Origin: Selaginella moellendorffii
Lineage: Eukaryota; Plantae; Lycopodiophyta
Assembly (NCBI RefSeq): GCF_000143415.4
Contig: NW_003314391.1
Location: 124,001 to 188,000 of the forward strand
Direction: 5' to 3'
Length of the DNA: 64,000 bases
Positions 22,880-36,600 of the stretch are shown here, one piece after another. A program made the position numbers and the translations under genes. A model generated the notes under the pieces. That model searched no databases and was not told where the DNA came from. It saw nothing but the letters and a program-made list of their open reading frames with translations. Within the stretch, counting starts at the first letter, position 1. Each line of letters begins with the position of its first letter.

Positions 22880-25807
22880 ATGTACTATCCGTTTCGCCAT
22901 GATACCAACTTCAAAGAGGTAAGCGACGACTTTGGTCTGTGACCCCCTCGGATTGAGAAGTCTGACTTCTATTTTTTTCGGCTGTCGATGATGTAGTCTT
23001 CGCTAAACAGCTCCGCCTCGACACTGCTTGACTCTGGGACTTCCGGAAGACCATTTGCGTCTTCCTTCTCGGGGCAGTCTTCGACCACGCCCGTTTTCAA
23101 CCACGGAGGTAAGCCCTCGTGTATCGTGTGACACTAAAGTGATTGGTGTTGGCGACCAACACTATCAAACAGGATCGATACAGGGGTTTAGCAATGTCCA
23201 AGGGAGCTACAACATGCAAACTCTACCCAGCTCGTTGTCGTCTAGAAACGCAGGTCTCGGTGGTTCCTCGAGTGGAGTACACCAGCCCACCGGAGGACTG
23301 CCTAGCGGACGGTTTGCTTCCAGTAATCTTCCCATCGGACTCTCACAGGTTTGTGGATATCAAAGCCTTCGCAGATGACTTGATGCCATTTTCTTTCTGC
23401 AGTTGTCTCAGAGTAGTCTTCACGGGCATAACTCTATGAGCAATCGTGCCGGACTTAACGTTGTAGGAAACCATCCTCTTAGTAGTGGTATGAATGGAGC
23501 TGGCGTCTCGGGTCCAGGGATGTCACCGAATACAGTGACTTTGGGTAATAGGGGGAGCATGACAGGGTTGGGAGGGGTCCAGATGGGAGGAGGTTCAGGT
23601 CCCAGGGTGCAGGCTTCAGTAGGAAATATGGCAGGAGCTGGAGCAGGGAGCAACCTTAACAGGAGTTTGAGCTCGGGTGGTGGTTTAGGAGTACCTAGTC
23701 TAAGTTCGTCTCGTATGAATTTGGGGCCCATACCAAGTGGTGGCGGCCTCGGTGGAGGAGGACCGGCGTCGGGAAGAGCCATGAGTCCCATGCTTCAGCA
23801 GAGCGTCAACACTACTTACAGCCCCTCAGGCGACTTGCTGGCAATGATTTCTAGAGGTAAGCTCTCTACAAGTTTTCAAGCTTGTGCTTTGCGTTTGTAA
23901 AAGGTTCTATTTCGCAGCGGTACCCCCTCAAGTTGTGTCATTGCTTGGATCCAACTTCTCAACAAATTCGGGGTCGGGTATGCAGGGGCAAATGGCATCC
24001 GCAAATGGTCAGCTCGGAAATCTGGGCTTGGGAAGTGATGGTAGCCAGAATGACGGCGCCGCGTTCGATATCAACGACTTCCCCGTTTTAAGTAACCGGC
24101 AGAGTTCAGGTGGTGGTCTCCAAAATCCTCTAGGTTGGTTGGCTTTGAGGTCCTCTAAAAAAGCGCAAATTTGACTTTGTAAACTGCAGCCGCATTCCGA
24201 AAACAAGGCGTCAACTCGCTTGGCCAACAAAATCAGGAGTTTAGCATACAAAACGAAGATTTCCCCGCCTTACCTGGTTTCAAAGGTTCAGTTCGTCTTC
24301 TTGTTGTCTGATCTGTGAGCTAAAACGATAAAACTTGTCAGGTGGCAATGGAGACTTGACGTCCGAAATGCATCACAAGGAGCGCCAACATGAGAACTCG
24401 ATGGGTTTGATGCCGCCGCAGCATTTCGGGGTACGTTATTTTCCTTTATATCTTATCTTCTCTGGTGAGCCGATTACAATGCGGGAGGGTGTATTGCAGA
24501 TGGGTCGATCGGGTGGTTTTCCTTTGGGTGTATCGTTTGTTGCTCGGCAACAGCAGCAGCAACAGCAGCAGCAGCAGCAGCAGCCGCAGCAACAGCAACA
24601 CCAGCTATCCGGCTCGTCTAGCACCGCCGAGTCAAATCTATCCCATATGCAAGACTCGTATCATTCTTCTCACGGCTTGCCAGCTTCTTATCAGGTACAT
24701 TTCTAGTTGCTTGTGCAAACTTAGGCTCTCCAACTGTCGTCCAGATGCATTCTTCCGGCCAACCGGGTGCAACCGGCTCGCAAATATCACTGGGCCTGCG
24801 CTCGGGAAGCCCGGCTGTGGTTGGAAGTGGTGGATTGGGTTCTTACGACCTGATGCACCAGTATGAGCACCACCAGCAGCCACACTTCCGGCTGGGTGCT
24901 CATCCTCAACAGCTTACAGCAGTCGGGCAGCCATCGAGAGAGCTAGGAATGCGACCATTACAGGACATGGACCGCTTTGGGCTTCTAGGCTTGCTGAGTG
25001 TAATAAGAATGACTGAACCTGACCTCACCACGCTCGCGCTGGGGACTGACTTAACAACTCTAGGACTAAACTTAAACTCGCGGGAGAACCTCTACAAGAC
25101 TTTTGCTTCTCCTTGGGCCGAAGGACCAGTGAAAGGCGACCCGGAGTTTACTTTGCCTGCGTGCTACATCCAACAACAAGCTCCCAGACTCCAGGTTTGT
25201 GTCTCTCTCACTCTCTTCTGTCGCTCTCTTTCGTTTAGAGTTTTTCAGTCTTTGCTTTGTATCGTTTCTACTGCTGTAATGTCTTACTAATGGACGCTGT
25301 GTTTTTTAGCCTGGCAATTTTGGAAGGTTACCGCAAGAGGTCCTGTTTTACATCTTTTACAGGTGAGTTTTACTCGTTACTTTGGTCGTGAAAGCACTCG
25401 TACTGATGCTGTGCTTATCGCAGTATGCCGAAGGATGAGGCCCAACTCTACGCTGCAAACGAGCTGTACGTTCTTCGCTTTCTCTTCGGCTTTTCTAAAG
25501 TTTTTCTCGTTCTCAGATCAAACAGAGGGTGGTTTTTTCACAAGGCTCAGCATATGTGGCTCACGAGGGTGCCGAATGTGGAGCCGCTAGTGAAAACCAA
25601 CAATTACGAGCGTGGGTCTTACATCTTTTTTGATCAAAATAACTGGGAAACCACACGAAAGGTAAATCCAGGATCTGGTTTTGCTCCAGTTTTCGATCGA
25701 TCATCCATGTTTTTTGCTTTTGTTCTTCGCAGGAAAACTTTGTCCTTCACTACGATATGTTGGAGAAGGCACCGCAGCTTCCACCGCCGCCACCAGCTCA
25801 ATCGTGA
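22880..25807 (+). CDS. NOT2: CCR4-NOT complex subunit NOT2 (NOT2a/b, VIP2-like), multi-exon
   Basis: GRFASSNLP, FDINDFP, EFSIQNEDFPALPGFKG, DRFGLLGLLSVIRMTEPDLTTLALGTDLTTLGLNLNS, LFYIFYSMPKDEAQLYAANEL, RGWFFHK, YERGSYIFFD, ENFVLHYDMLEK. Confidence 0.95.
24548..24604 (+). repeat. CAG/CAA trinucleotide repeat (polyQ in NOT2)
   Basis: CAACAGCAGCAGCAACAGCAG... encodes QQQQQQQQQQQQPQQQQHQ. Confidence 0.9.
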
Positions 25808-26297
25808 TGTTGTTAAAGAAATTTGATCGATCGATCGAGAGCGCGCTCCAGAGCTCTCAGTCTCTCGCTTCTTTTTTTTTTTTTCTTTACTGTCGCAAAA
25901 AATCTGTGTTGCTGTAAAAGCTAGAATTTTGGATACAAACAAGCCCTAACCATCGATCTATTGCCGGCGAATATCCCGCTCGATTCTCCTCCTAGGGCGA
26001 TCGCGGCGATGACGATGGCGCTCGACGGCTATGGCGCTCCTCCAGGTGCTCTCTCCTCTCGATCGTGATGCTTTCTTGCACATTCTAGGCCTAGGCAGAG
26101 GTGATTCTTGTTGGAATTTCGCGAGCACGCCAAATCTTGGGCTTCCTCTTCTTCAGGGTTGAGAACTTGCTGAAACATTTTCTTGGATGATCCAGAAAAA
26201 TGTTTCTAGGAAGGACGGTTGCTCTTGGCTCTTCCTCCTCGTCTAGTGTGGAGAATCGCAACTAAGGTAAGTATCATTCCCTCCACTGCAAGGGAGA

Positions 26298-27808
26298 ATG
26301 GCCGAGGATGATCCGGACAGAGATGAGGAGTGGTTTAACGAGGTGTATGGAAAGGAATACACTGGGCCTCTCTCGAGAGCTCGCCAGCCGCAAGAGCCCG
26401 AGAGAAAGAAGCCAGCAGCAGCTCAGGTGGAAACCTCGGACGAGGAGGAAGAAGGCCCTCGCGATCCAAACGCCGTGCCCACGGATTTTACTAGCCGAGA
26501 AGCCAAAGTCTGGGAGGCCAAGGCCAAGGCCATAGAAAGGAACTGGAAACGTAGGAAGGAAGAAGAGCTCCATTGCAAGATTTGTGGCGAGGCTGGCCAC
26601 TTTGCTCAGGTGAGTTTCTCGACACTGTTGATGGCACACACACTCAAGCACAAGTTGGTTCTTCATCCTAGTCTCGTAAAGGAAGCCATTTTAGCTGCTT
26701 GGTCTCTCAAGCAAGAACTGGAAGGAAGTAACTTTGGAAGTTAGAAGCTTGAGCATTGCTTTCTTTCTTTTCTAGCTCTTGCATGGTTTAGTCATTTTTT
26801 GTCCTCCTATAGTTTTGACTTGGTTTTTTTGCTTTCGATTCCAGGGATGCCCGACAACTTTGGGTGGAAGCCGAAAGTCTGGAGAGATTGTGGAGAGGGT
26901 GACACTCAAGGACAAGCGTATCAAGCCTCGTCTCATAGGAACGGGAGGGAGTGTGATCCAGGGGATTGAAAAGGATACCGGATGCCGGCTTAAGCTCGTG
27001 GACAACCAGGGAGATGGTCACGGGGTCTTCTTCGTTCGTGTTTCGGGGCCGGACAGGCTAGCAGTATCCAAGGCAGTGAATGCGGTGAAGAAGGTTACCG
27101 AGCAGTTTGATAGCGAGTGGAGCCAAAACTCGAGAGGGAGAAACGCGAAAGGCTCGAATTCTCTGGCTGGTGGACAGCTAGAGCACGTCCAGAGGCTCCA
27201 ACAACACCCTTCCAATGGTGGAGCCTTGCAAGCGGAAGATTTAGAATGGGGAAATCTCCAAGTGCAAGTCCAAGTCCAAGGTATTGGTTTTGTTCTTTTT
27301 CTTTTCTCCACGTTTTAACAACAATCTCCTTCCCTCAAGGTCGATCTGCAAAGGCTCCCCGGGACGAGTATTTTCGAAGTCGCAGTCTAGAAAACGGACC
27401 ATACTGTTCTGCGAGGCTGTACGAACAGGAAGTCAAGAGTCCCGAGACTCTGGATGAGCTCGAGCAGTGTTTCTTGCAAGAGGCGATGGAGCTGAGCAAG
27501 GAGCAAAGCGCTGAGGAAGACAGAGAGCTAGCAAGGCACCGAGAGGTAAAGACCGATCTTTGGTTACATTCCAGCAGAGCATTGATCTTGTCTATCTTCT
27601 GCAGTGCCTCCGTGGGATTCAAGAGCAGTATCAGCAAAAGATGATGAACTTGAGGACCAAGCAGAGCCGTCGAAGGGACGAGTTTTTGCATCACGAGATT
27701 CACATTCGTCAGCAGTACTACCAGCAGTCACCAGCGGGCTATCTTCCGGACGGAGCACAGTGTGGTGGTGGCGGAGCCCATGGATGGTTTGTCAAGGAAA
27801 ATCGTTGA
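26298..27808 (+). CDS. Zinc knuckle (CCHC) + KH-domain RNA-binding protein, 4 exons
   Basis: DPNAVPTDFTSREAKVWEAK..ERNWKRRKEEELHCKICGEAGHFAQ|GCPTTLG, KH motif RLIGTGGSVIQGIEKDTGC, C-terminal coiled coil. Consistent GT-AG introns. Confidence 0.88.
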
Positions 27809-30486
27809 GGGGCAACTCGAGCAACCAAATGATCCCGAGAAGGAGGAGCAGCTGCGCAAGTTGCACATGTTATGGACGCCCTCCAAGGGTAAGCTGCTAT
27901 TTCCTTTGTTGGTGCCTGTGGATGTTTCCTTCGCTCTGTGGCACTTGTCTAGTTGTTGCTATGGCTATGGCTGCAGGTGGCGCTGTGGTTTCTTGAACAG
28001 CACCTTGTTGTGGCTGGCTGTTTTGCCTGTGTTGGCTTAAGCTAGTTGTGTGGACGAGTTTGTGTATACATAAGATATAAGATGTGACTTGATGCTTGTT
28101 ATTCTCTACTGCACTGCTTGAGAGCGCATTTGTCTTTTGGTGGCTATGCCGTGGCGTTGTAACTGGTTTCTGGGTGTTTTTTTCACTTGTTTTCTTGTTT
28201 ACAGGAATATACATTACGGAAACAGATTTTACACGTTGGTGTGACACTTATATCTCTCTCAAACGGTCAGCAGTAGCACAGTTAGCAATAGACGAGTCAG
28301 GTTATAAGGGAAGGTTCCCTTCTGCTCGGACACTTGTGTGCTCGCTTGATGGTTTACCATGCTTATTGTGGGAAGGTGTTGGAAGTGGACTTGTAGAGTT
28401 GGACAAAAGGTTTTCAGAAATGTTGTTTCCTCAGAGCTTGACTGTGCTCTTAGCACCTAGTGGATCAGGGAAAACAAGAATGCTGATTGAACTAGCCAGC
28501 ACCAGGTTCAGTTTGTTTTTCACAGGTGACCGTCCCATTGTTGGGTTTGGAGGAGGATCAAAAGATGTTCACAGAGTGGCCAACTGGGTGCAAAGCCATT
28601 TTCCAGGAGGGGAAAGTAATATTGCCCCAGAGGATCCAGTGATGCGGTGTGGCGTGGGGGCCTTAATCCTTGCACGGCTCACTTGGCTTAAATTATTGAA
28701 AGAGTGTAAGCCAGGGCTTGTTCCACGAGACTGGGCGTTTTTTCAGCTGGAGTATCCGGCAGTTGATGACGTGTTTCTACATCTGGTTGAGGAGTTGCTT
28801 GCTTTGGTCCGTGATGTCCATCAAGCGCCCTCTTTGGCTAACAACTTTCACTTCGGCATACAAAAGCTGCTACACGAGGTGGGTTGGGGGTATGGCATAG
28901 TTGTGCTAGACGAAGCCCAGGCATTATTAAAGTGCAGCCGAACTCCTCAGGAAGGGCAGTCTTTGTTGAATTCCATCGTTTTTGCGCTTAGGTCGTATGG
29001 TGTGCTGCGAAGTCCCCTGTTTGTTTCAGGTACAGGAAAGTGCATGTTGACGTTTCGGCAGATTCTTTATTCTGGAAGATTTGCGAAACAGTCGTATATG
29101 AGAGAGATTTACAGTCTACCTGGGTTTGATGGCAGCAACATCCAAGCGTTTATGGAAAGGTTTATAGATGTCAGTCGTCTAGACATGCTAGCTGTTATCT
29201 CCACCTACACAGGAAGGAGACGACTGTTATCAACCGCTATTGAGAAGTATATTATGGAGACTGCACCTGCTGCAGATTGGTTCATGGAGTTTGCACGAAG
29301 GATGATCACTGAAACAGGCCGGGAACTTGGAGTCCATCGCTCTTTGAGAGATGATGCGGTTTTGCTGTGGAACGATCCTGAGATGGCAAGCTTTATAGAA
29401 GATCTAATATTTACTTACTATCTCTCAGGTAAGACAGAAAGCTTTATAGAATTATGTGAAATTTACTTTATTACTTTTTCAGGTGCCGGACATGTGATTG
29501 TACCAGGACGGAGGAGGGGCATGACTCTTGTAGACTGTGGTTTTGCAACTCTCCTTGAGAGCAGCAATGGAGCAGAACCTTTTGCACCTATACTTCCATA
29601 TATCAGAGGGGTCACTGATAATGAAGTTCAAGCTCCTGGTTCGTCAGTTACAACAGAGATTTGTTATATAATTTTGCGAGAGCCATTGGTGGTAGATGCA
29701 TTGTGGTACCATATGCCACAAGGTACGTTCATGGGGTCCTTTATGAACACATTTAAAAACCCATCTATACGCAAAATTAACTTCAAGACATATGTATGTA
29801 CAACTCTTGGAAGTGTCTTTGAGAAGAAGGTGCCAGCAGAGGTGCTCGGATTGGTTGAAACACACGCCATGTATAAGGAGACTTATGAGCTTTTAAAACC
29901 GAAAGAACTATCAGCAATGCTAGTGCAAGAGATTGGGAATGCGGAACAGCTAAACAACTGGCTCCAGTCAGTGGAGACTGGTTTGTCGTTTGCAACATAT
30001 GCTCACACAGGGCCATTCTGCAAAGCAGGACCAGAGGCAGTGTTTTTCTTGTGGAATGGTAAGCTGAACAAAAAGATGCCTGTGTTTGTACAGTTCAAAA
30101 CGGGAAGTGAGCTAGGAGCAACTCAAGCATTTGCGACACTGGACATCATGAAACTGGACAACAAAGTGAATTCAGAAGGCTCTCACAAACTCAAAGAGTG
30201 GTGTTCCACTGGGTATATAAGACTGGTTGTGACAACAGAGCAACACCCACGAGCGGGAGAGGTGGTCTTTGAAGAAGTAAGGCAGAGTGAACATTTGAAA
30301 GAAAAAGCTGTGGTAAGTTTGAAAGTTGCATGCTATTTGAACTTACTACTGTGATCTGTTCTGTAGGTTCCACCTTTGTCAGCTGTTTGGGCCGGTGAAA
30401 GGCTACGTGGTATTGTGAATATAGAATTACTTGACGCTATAGAAGAGTTGAAGAAAAATCTGAACAAACGGAAAACGGGGCAATAA
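27780..30486 (+). CDS. Crinkler/RHS(CR)-type P-loop NTPase + restriction-endonuclease-fold protein (exons 27780-27888, 28205-29428, 29483-30312, 30367-30486)
   Basis: Walker A VLLAPSGSGKTR, Walker B GIVVLDEAQ, VSGTG, GRRR (R-finger-like), C-terminal AGPEAVFFL...PVFVQFK (PD-(D/E)xK-like, QxK variant). All introns are phase-compatible GT-AG (two of 54 nt). Confidence 0.7.
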
Positions 30487-30959
30487 GCTGCACTCATTCT
30501 TAAGAAGCTGAAAGCTTAGTATTTTATATAGGAATTTATGTTGTATTGAAGCTACACCGTCAGAATCTTAAACAAGTGGGTGAGCTTGTCAATGGGTGAG
30601 CTGCTAATTTGAGGGCTCTTGTCCTTGTAAACCTGGACACAATCAAGCGTTAAGCGGAGACGTTTGTAGTTAGAACGGATTCGTGCAGTGAGGAAATGCG
30701 TGGCAGTGTTCGAATCTAATTTTCTTAAAACCCTTCAATGAATTCGGCCCTAAATCGGTGGTGCCAGTTTTTTCTTAAGGGGAGCGCCCCGGAAAAGTCA
30801 AAGATTTTCTCAGAGAATTAACACAAGTGCACCTTGAAGCACTAAGTGCTTTTCACCACTCGATTCTCAGCACAGCTCCCGCATTCACTCTCGCTAAGAA
30901 ACGGGAAGGGCCGCGAGGATAGCCCGTAAACAACGATAGTTCACCTTCAACTGCAACAC

Positions 30960-32020
30960 GATGCTCACTTCCAGGAGATCCGAGCAGCGGCTAGATCGCA
31001 GAACACGTAGAGACAAAACATGTTCGTCCATGACACAACAAAACGAAGTCCCAGTGTCGAGTTTGGAGGCCTGGCAATGGATAGCAATCCCTTTCTCCAT
31101 CGCCATAACTTTGACAGCCTTTCCATTCACCTGCAGTGACCTCTTCTCTTGCAGCGAGACTTGAGTGTGCTCGAAGACGTGAGTGCATGCCCCTCGGATA
31201 TCATGCGTTGGAACACCGTATCTTCTTCTCCGCAATCGACACAGGCCAGAACCAGCGAAGTCCACGACATGACATCGTGCGAGCACATAAGCATCCAATT
31301 CGCACGTAAGCGGCGACTAAGGTGCTCGCCAAGATCACGTCCGTTTTGAAGTAGTTTCTCGAATCTCCATGAAGAGCCGGTGTTCTCTCCAAGCATTTGA
31401 GCTTGACCATCTTTCCATCAACTTCCACGGCCCCTTCCTTGGGCGCCCAGGCCTTCGACACAACAACTAAAGCCATAGCATCTGGAACAAGCCACTGTTT
31501 TCTATCTGAGAAAACAAATCCAAAGCTACCTCTGCTTGCGAGTTATCCACGTATCCCAGCATGAGCACCGGGCTGTGGCAAGGCATGCTCCTGAAAACTC
31601 TCTCAGCCTCCACCATGCTGACACACTTGGCATACATCTCCACGAGAGTGTTCGACAAAAACTCGTCCCTCTCGTATCCTTTCTCCGCGGCCTGGATGTG
31701 AATCACCATCCCCAGAGAATCCACTTGCACCATCTTCCCTTCAAAACTTGTGGCTTCTTCTTTCGCTGCTAATCCAATGCAGGCCTTCAAACCAGTGACA
31801 AACTTAAAGGCATCCGCTGTAGTAGCGCTCGCGAAGCTTTCTAGCGCTAGCTCGGCTTCTCCATTGTCTACGTATCCCACCAGTAGCGTGTTCCACGAGA
31901 CAAGGCATCCTGTCGAAAACTCCTCGGGCACCAGCCATGCTCCCACACTTATCCAGAGCGTTTCCAACGAGAACATCCAGCGCTGAAAACCCAGTAAACA
32001 AACTTTTTAACAAGTTTGTT
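30960..32020 (-). pseudogene. Degenerate PLS-class PPR gene
   Basis: LSNTLVEMYAKCVSMVEAERVFRSMP, VSWNTLLVGYVDNGEAELALE and GNALDKCGSMAGARGVFDRMP occur in several frames with frameshifts. Confidence 0.8.
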
Positions 32021-32479
32021 TACTTACAGATGGTATCTTTCACAGTGCCAATCAGTAGCAATGCACCGGGAGCTACTTCTACCTCTACGATCTTGGAGCT
32101 GCGGCTCACGTCCGCCCGGATGTTTCGCAAGGCTGGAGCTGCAAGAGACATGGTGTTTCCACAGTATGGCAGGAGAGCCGCAAGGACTGATGACTGAGCT
32201 TACCTCTCGGTTGCTTTCGTTTGCCTGTTCATGGCGAGCACCGAAGCTTTGCCTTGGGAAGCAGTTGCAGCACAGAGAGAGTACGAGACTTGCTGCCTGA
32301 TGACCGGTTATCATTCCGGAATGGCTTGACGAGCATAGTGGATTTCGTTTGTGATTGGAAGATGCTGACTTTGAGAGGGATTGCTGCAAACTTACTCCAT
32401 GTGGATCTAACGTAGGGACTTTGTGGCTGCACCCAGTGGAACAAAGCTGAGCTACTGAACAAGGATTTTACCTGGATGT

Positions 32480-33363
32480 CTAGTCCTGTAAATCCAAGGT
32501 TCTTCGCAGAGGTAAGGCTCCGGTCTCAATTTCTTTACGAGCTGCAGCAACGCCGGATGCAGAAAAGGATTTTTTATCCCAGTCGCATCGTCTTGGTGTC
32601 GGTGTCATGGGTTTCTTCTTCATCTGTGATTGGAAAGGAACGAACAAATTCTTTCATAAAAGAGCAGCCTTGCAAATATACCTGTGTGTTAGTGTGATGA
32701 TTCTCTTCGTTATGATGCTCGTCTTGGAGGAGAATTCTACGGGGCTGAATCCAGCAAAACGATCAAGGATCAAAGACCAAAAGGAAGAACGAAAGAAATG
32801 GAACGAGAATTCTGGCTTACTTTTCCAAGGCCGCTAGCTGAGAGAGGCACGCGCTTGGCAGACGATCGCCAAATCCCACACAAGTCATGCTGCTCTTGAA
32901 ACTGGAATCCAAACTTTAGCTTTAGACCGATCCACTTTTTCTTACCAGATTCATCGGTGAAGGCCCGATCGGCGAGGAGAAATCGCGAGACTCCTTTCCT
33001 TGCCGAGAGAAATCTTTAGCTGGAGTTGGAGTCGCGAGGAAACACTCGCCAGCAGCTCCTTTGCGAGGCGTGTGAAGAAGGAGCACGTCTTCTTTGGCCA
33101 TTGTTTTCCCGGAGGAAGAGGGACAGATCACCACACGGCGTGCCTGCGCTGCGATTGTTTTACAATCGAACTAATTGATCGAAGTGAGGTCTCTCACTCA
33201 CCGACGATGGCGTTGCGCGATTCGGAGGCTGAAGAACTCGCGCAGCTCTCCCGCTCAGCTTCTTGACTGTGTGCCGCTGCTGCTGCTCTACCTGCGCAGC
33301 ATCCACATTCTCACATTGCCCCGACCGAGAGAAGAACCAAACCTCGTTCTCGCGTTTCTCCAT
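32480..33363 (-). CDS. Hypothetical multi-exon low-complexity protein, divergent from ATX
   Basis: Short ORFs (MEKRENEVWFF..., ARRVVICP...PMNL, FQEQHDL...GK, PRRILL...TQ, MKKKPMTP...) joinable by phase-0 GT-AG introns. No recognised domain. Confidence 0.4.
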
Positions 33364-33664
33364 CGCCGAGCCCTAGAAACTAGCCGTTGGATTCCAAAGT
33401 GGAATGTCCACTAGATGAACGGTAAAGATCTTGCGCGGTTCGTTAAGAGAATTTTCGTCCGTACTCATCACGAACTAGTTTTGTGCCACCCCGTTGGGTC
33501 AGGATGTACGTGTGGCTCTCCCGCGCATAGTGCCATTTCACTCAAATTAAGAGCTCCCTCACAGGGCCTTCTTCTTCGAATCCCAGCAGCGCGTAGGGTT
33601 AGGGTTCTTTGGGGCGAGCGAGCGAGCGAGCGACGCGACGGGAATGGCGACCGCCTGAGTGGCG

Positions 33665-36600
33665 ATGGGCGGCCACAGCGCTACGTTCGTCGAGGTTTGT
33701 GAGTCTCCCTGCATTGCAGCTCTATAGCTCCTCCATCTGAGCCACCGGGATTTTCTAGGTTCCTTTGCTTGGACATGACAAGGAGGAAGGCGTCATACTC
33801 CAGCCGTGTACCAGGCAGTCTACGCTCAAGCGCTGCGCTGTGAAGTCGAAAGCTTCGCAGGTTCAGGGAATGGGCAAGGAAAAGCGGAAGTTTGAGAGCG
33901 ACGAGAAGGAGAATAGCGTTGCCGCTCGGAAGAAGCTCAAAGCGTCGAAAGGGAAAACAATGGAACTTAAGTTCGTGGGAACAGGGAAGCAAGAGGGAGA
34001 AGTGGCTAGCTCTCGGAGAAAACGAAAGAATTCGCAGAAGGCGACGAGTTCTCAGGATGATGAAGACTCGGATTACGGTGGAGGTCCTCAAAAAATGATG
34101 GAGCTTCAGTCGTTGCAAGACAAGAAAAACGCTAGTGAGGAACTTTCTACGACTGTCGCCCCCAAGCGCGCCACAAGGAAGCAGAAACGAGTCCAGTTGA
34201 AGCAGCTGGTTTCTTCGACGGATTTTCTGCGCGAAGGCGTTGTCAAGGAGGCTGATGGATGTGAAACTAGATCGGGCAGTGAAGATCGGCAAGATGCCCA
34301 AGCTAAGTCTCAGGCTACTACTTCTGAGGTGTCGACTCCAGGACACAAGGCAAAACACAAAAGTGTCAAATTTTTATTGAGCTCCACTATCGAAACAGAT
34401 CATGTGTGGGGAGCTAGCAAAACACCGGAGCTCCAACAAAATGAAGAGGAATGGCGAGTGTAAGGATTTTTTATTTTTTTTTCTCTCGTGATGTCTCAAA
34501 TTTATGTTTGTGGCACAGGATTAATTTGGACGCTGTCAATCCTATGGAGCTGATTGGTAGGAGCTGCAAGGTGAAAGTTTTGTGTCAATTGCATCATTGT
34601 TCCTGATTGTATTATTTTCAGGTTTTTTGGCCACTAGACAGCAGATGGTACACAGGGGCCATCCACGAGTATAATCCCGCATCGAAGAAGCATCGAGTAC
34701 GTCCAGTGTTTGCGCTTAGATGCGTTGTCTAAACGGTTCTCATGCTGCAGATCGACTACGTTGACAACCAAATGGAATGGCTGTGCCTGAGAAATGAGAA
34801 GGTGCACTTTCAAATGGGGATCAAGGAAGAAAAAGTGCTGTGCGCTGCTGGCTGCGACGAATATAAAATGCGTCTTGGCGTCGACGAACTCGCCCTCTTG
34901 GCGAATGAGATGGAAAGTTTTGAAGAGCAAATCAGCCACGGGACCGTTGTCTGGGCTAAAGTTAAAGGTACTAAGCAAATAGAATGGCTATGTGCTCACC
35001 GACGATTGTAGGTTGGCCCATGTGGCCTGCGCTTGTCCTTGACGAAGAGCATGCTGAAAAGTGCGGCTTGGAGCGTCCCCTTAAGAAGTCGACTTTTGCT
35101 GTGCAATTTTTTGGCAGCTGTGACTTTGCAAGGTACGTAGGTTATTTTTTCTCACGGTTCATCTTTTTATTTATCAGTAATAGATTACTCGCTCTTGAAG
35201 GCTAAACAATGACAAGATCGTTACATTTTCTAAAGGAGTTCAACTTAAATATCACTCAAAATGCAAGCGCCCGGCATTCGATCAGGGATTGAGAGAGGTT
35301 GAGAGGTGATGTTCTATTCATAGTTCGATAGTTTGTGGCCATGCGTCTCACTTTTTTTTTTTTTCCTATGTAGTTATTTGAAACAAGGAAGGCTTCCAGA
35401 GAAAATGGCACAAATGCTCGAGATACAGTCCAAGAGTAGGAATGACGTAGGGAGAGCATCGAAAACGTCGGATGCAGAAGAATACATTGATGATGAACGA
35501 GAGCATCCAACGAAAACCAGCATGGAAGACCTTATGGGGTACCCTCTAGACCTTGGTAGCTTGAAAATATTAAGCTTGGGTACGTGATTTTGTCTTGGCC
35601 TTTTTCTTCTTTTGCTTCTTTTCTAATTACTAGTTTTGACAGGCGAAGTAGCTTTTGATTCTGCACACTTTCATAACAAACACTACATATGGCCAGTGGG
35701 ATTTTCTTCTGTTCGAGTCCTTCCGTTTTTCAAAGGTATTTTGAATTTCCATCATATCTTTGTACCAATGTTTGAAATTAGATCTTGAAAAGCTCGTGGA
35801 ACATCGAATGGAGGTCACTAGATGTAAATCAGATCCAGCAATACCTGTTTTTCATGTTACTGTTGCCGATACGATTTCTGTGAGTTATTCTTCAATTTAT
35901 TTGATCGGTATTAACAGCGACTTCAGTTCGAAGGTTCTACTCCTGGTGACTGCTGGAAGAAGGTGTACAAAGAACTAGATAGATTGAAGGAGAAACCTGC
36001 GAAAACACACTTCAAACGTCTTTCAGGAGCCAGTATGTTTGGGTTTAACAATCCACGAGTGTTCAAGCTTATTAAGGTAAGCTGGTTATTTGGCGGTGGC
36101 TCCGCACCGCTAAACTCCCGCTTTTTCAGGAGTTACCAAATGCACGCGAGTGTTCAAATTTTATGGACTGGGACAAAGTACATTCTTCGAAGAAGTCAAA
36201 ACAGGCAGGACCATCGGGATACAAGCCCATCAATGTTATGTGGAAGCACCTTGAGAGGTGCAACGTGTGCTATCTGGATGAGGCAGGTTTGCAGATTTAA
36301 TTTCACGCGGTGCTATCTTCCTTGCTACAGGAATACGACGGCAATCTTCTGTTGCAGTGCGCGAAATGCAGATTGATGGTATGTGATGAGAACTGTCAGA
36401 AACACTCACGCCAGGATCATTTACAGATACACATGTCATGTTATGGAGAACAAGATTTACCAAGTGATGGTTTCTGGCTTTGTCAACTTTGTAAGCGGAA
36501 TACAACTCAGCTGCCGCTTTGTTGCCTATGCCCAGTTGCTGGTAAGCAGCACCTGTTTTAGATATGGTCAGCAGCACTCTTTTCACGTTATTCTCTCTGC

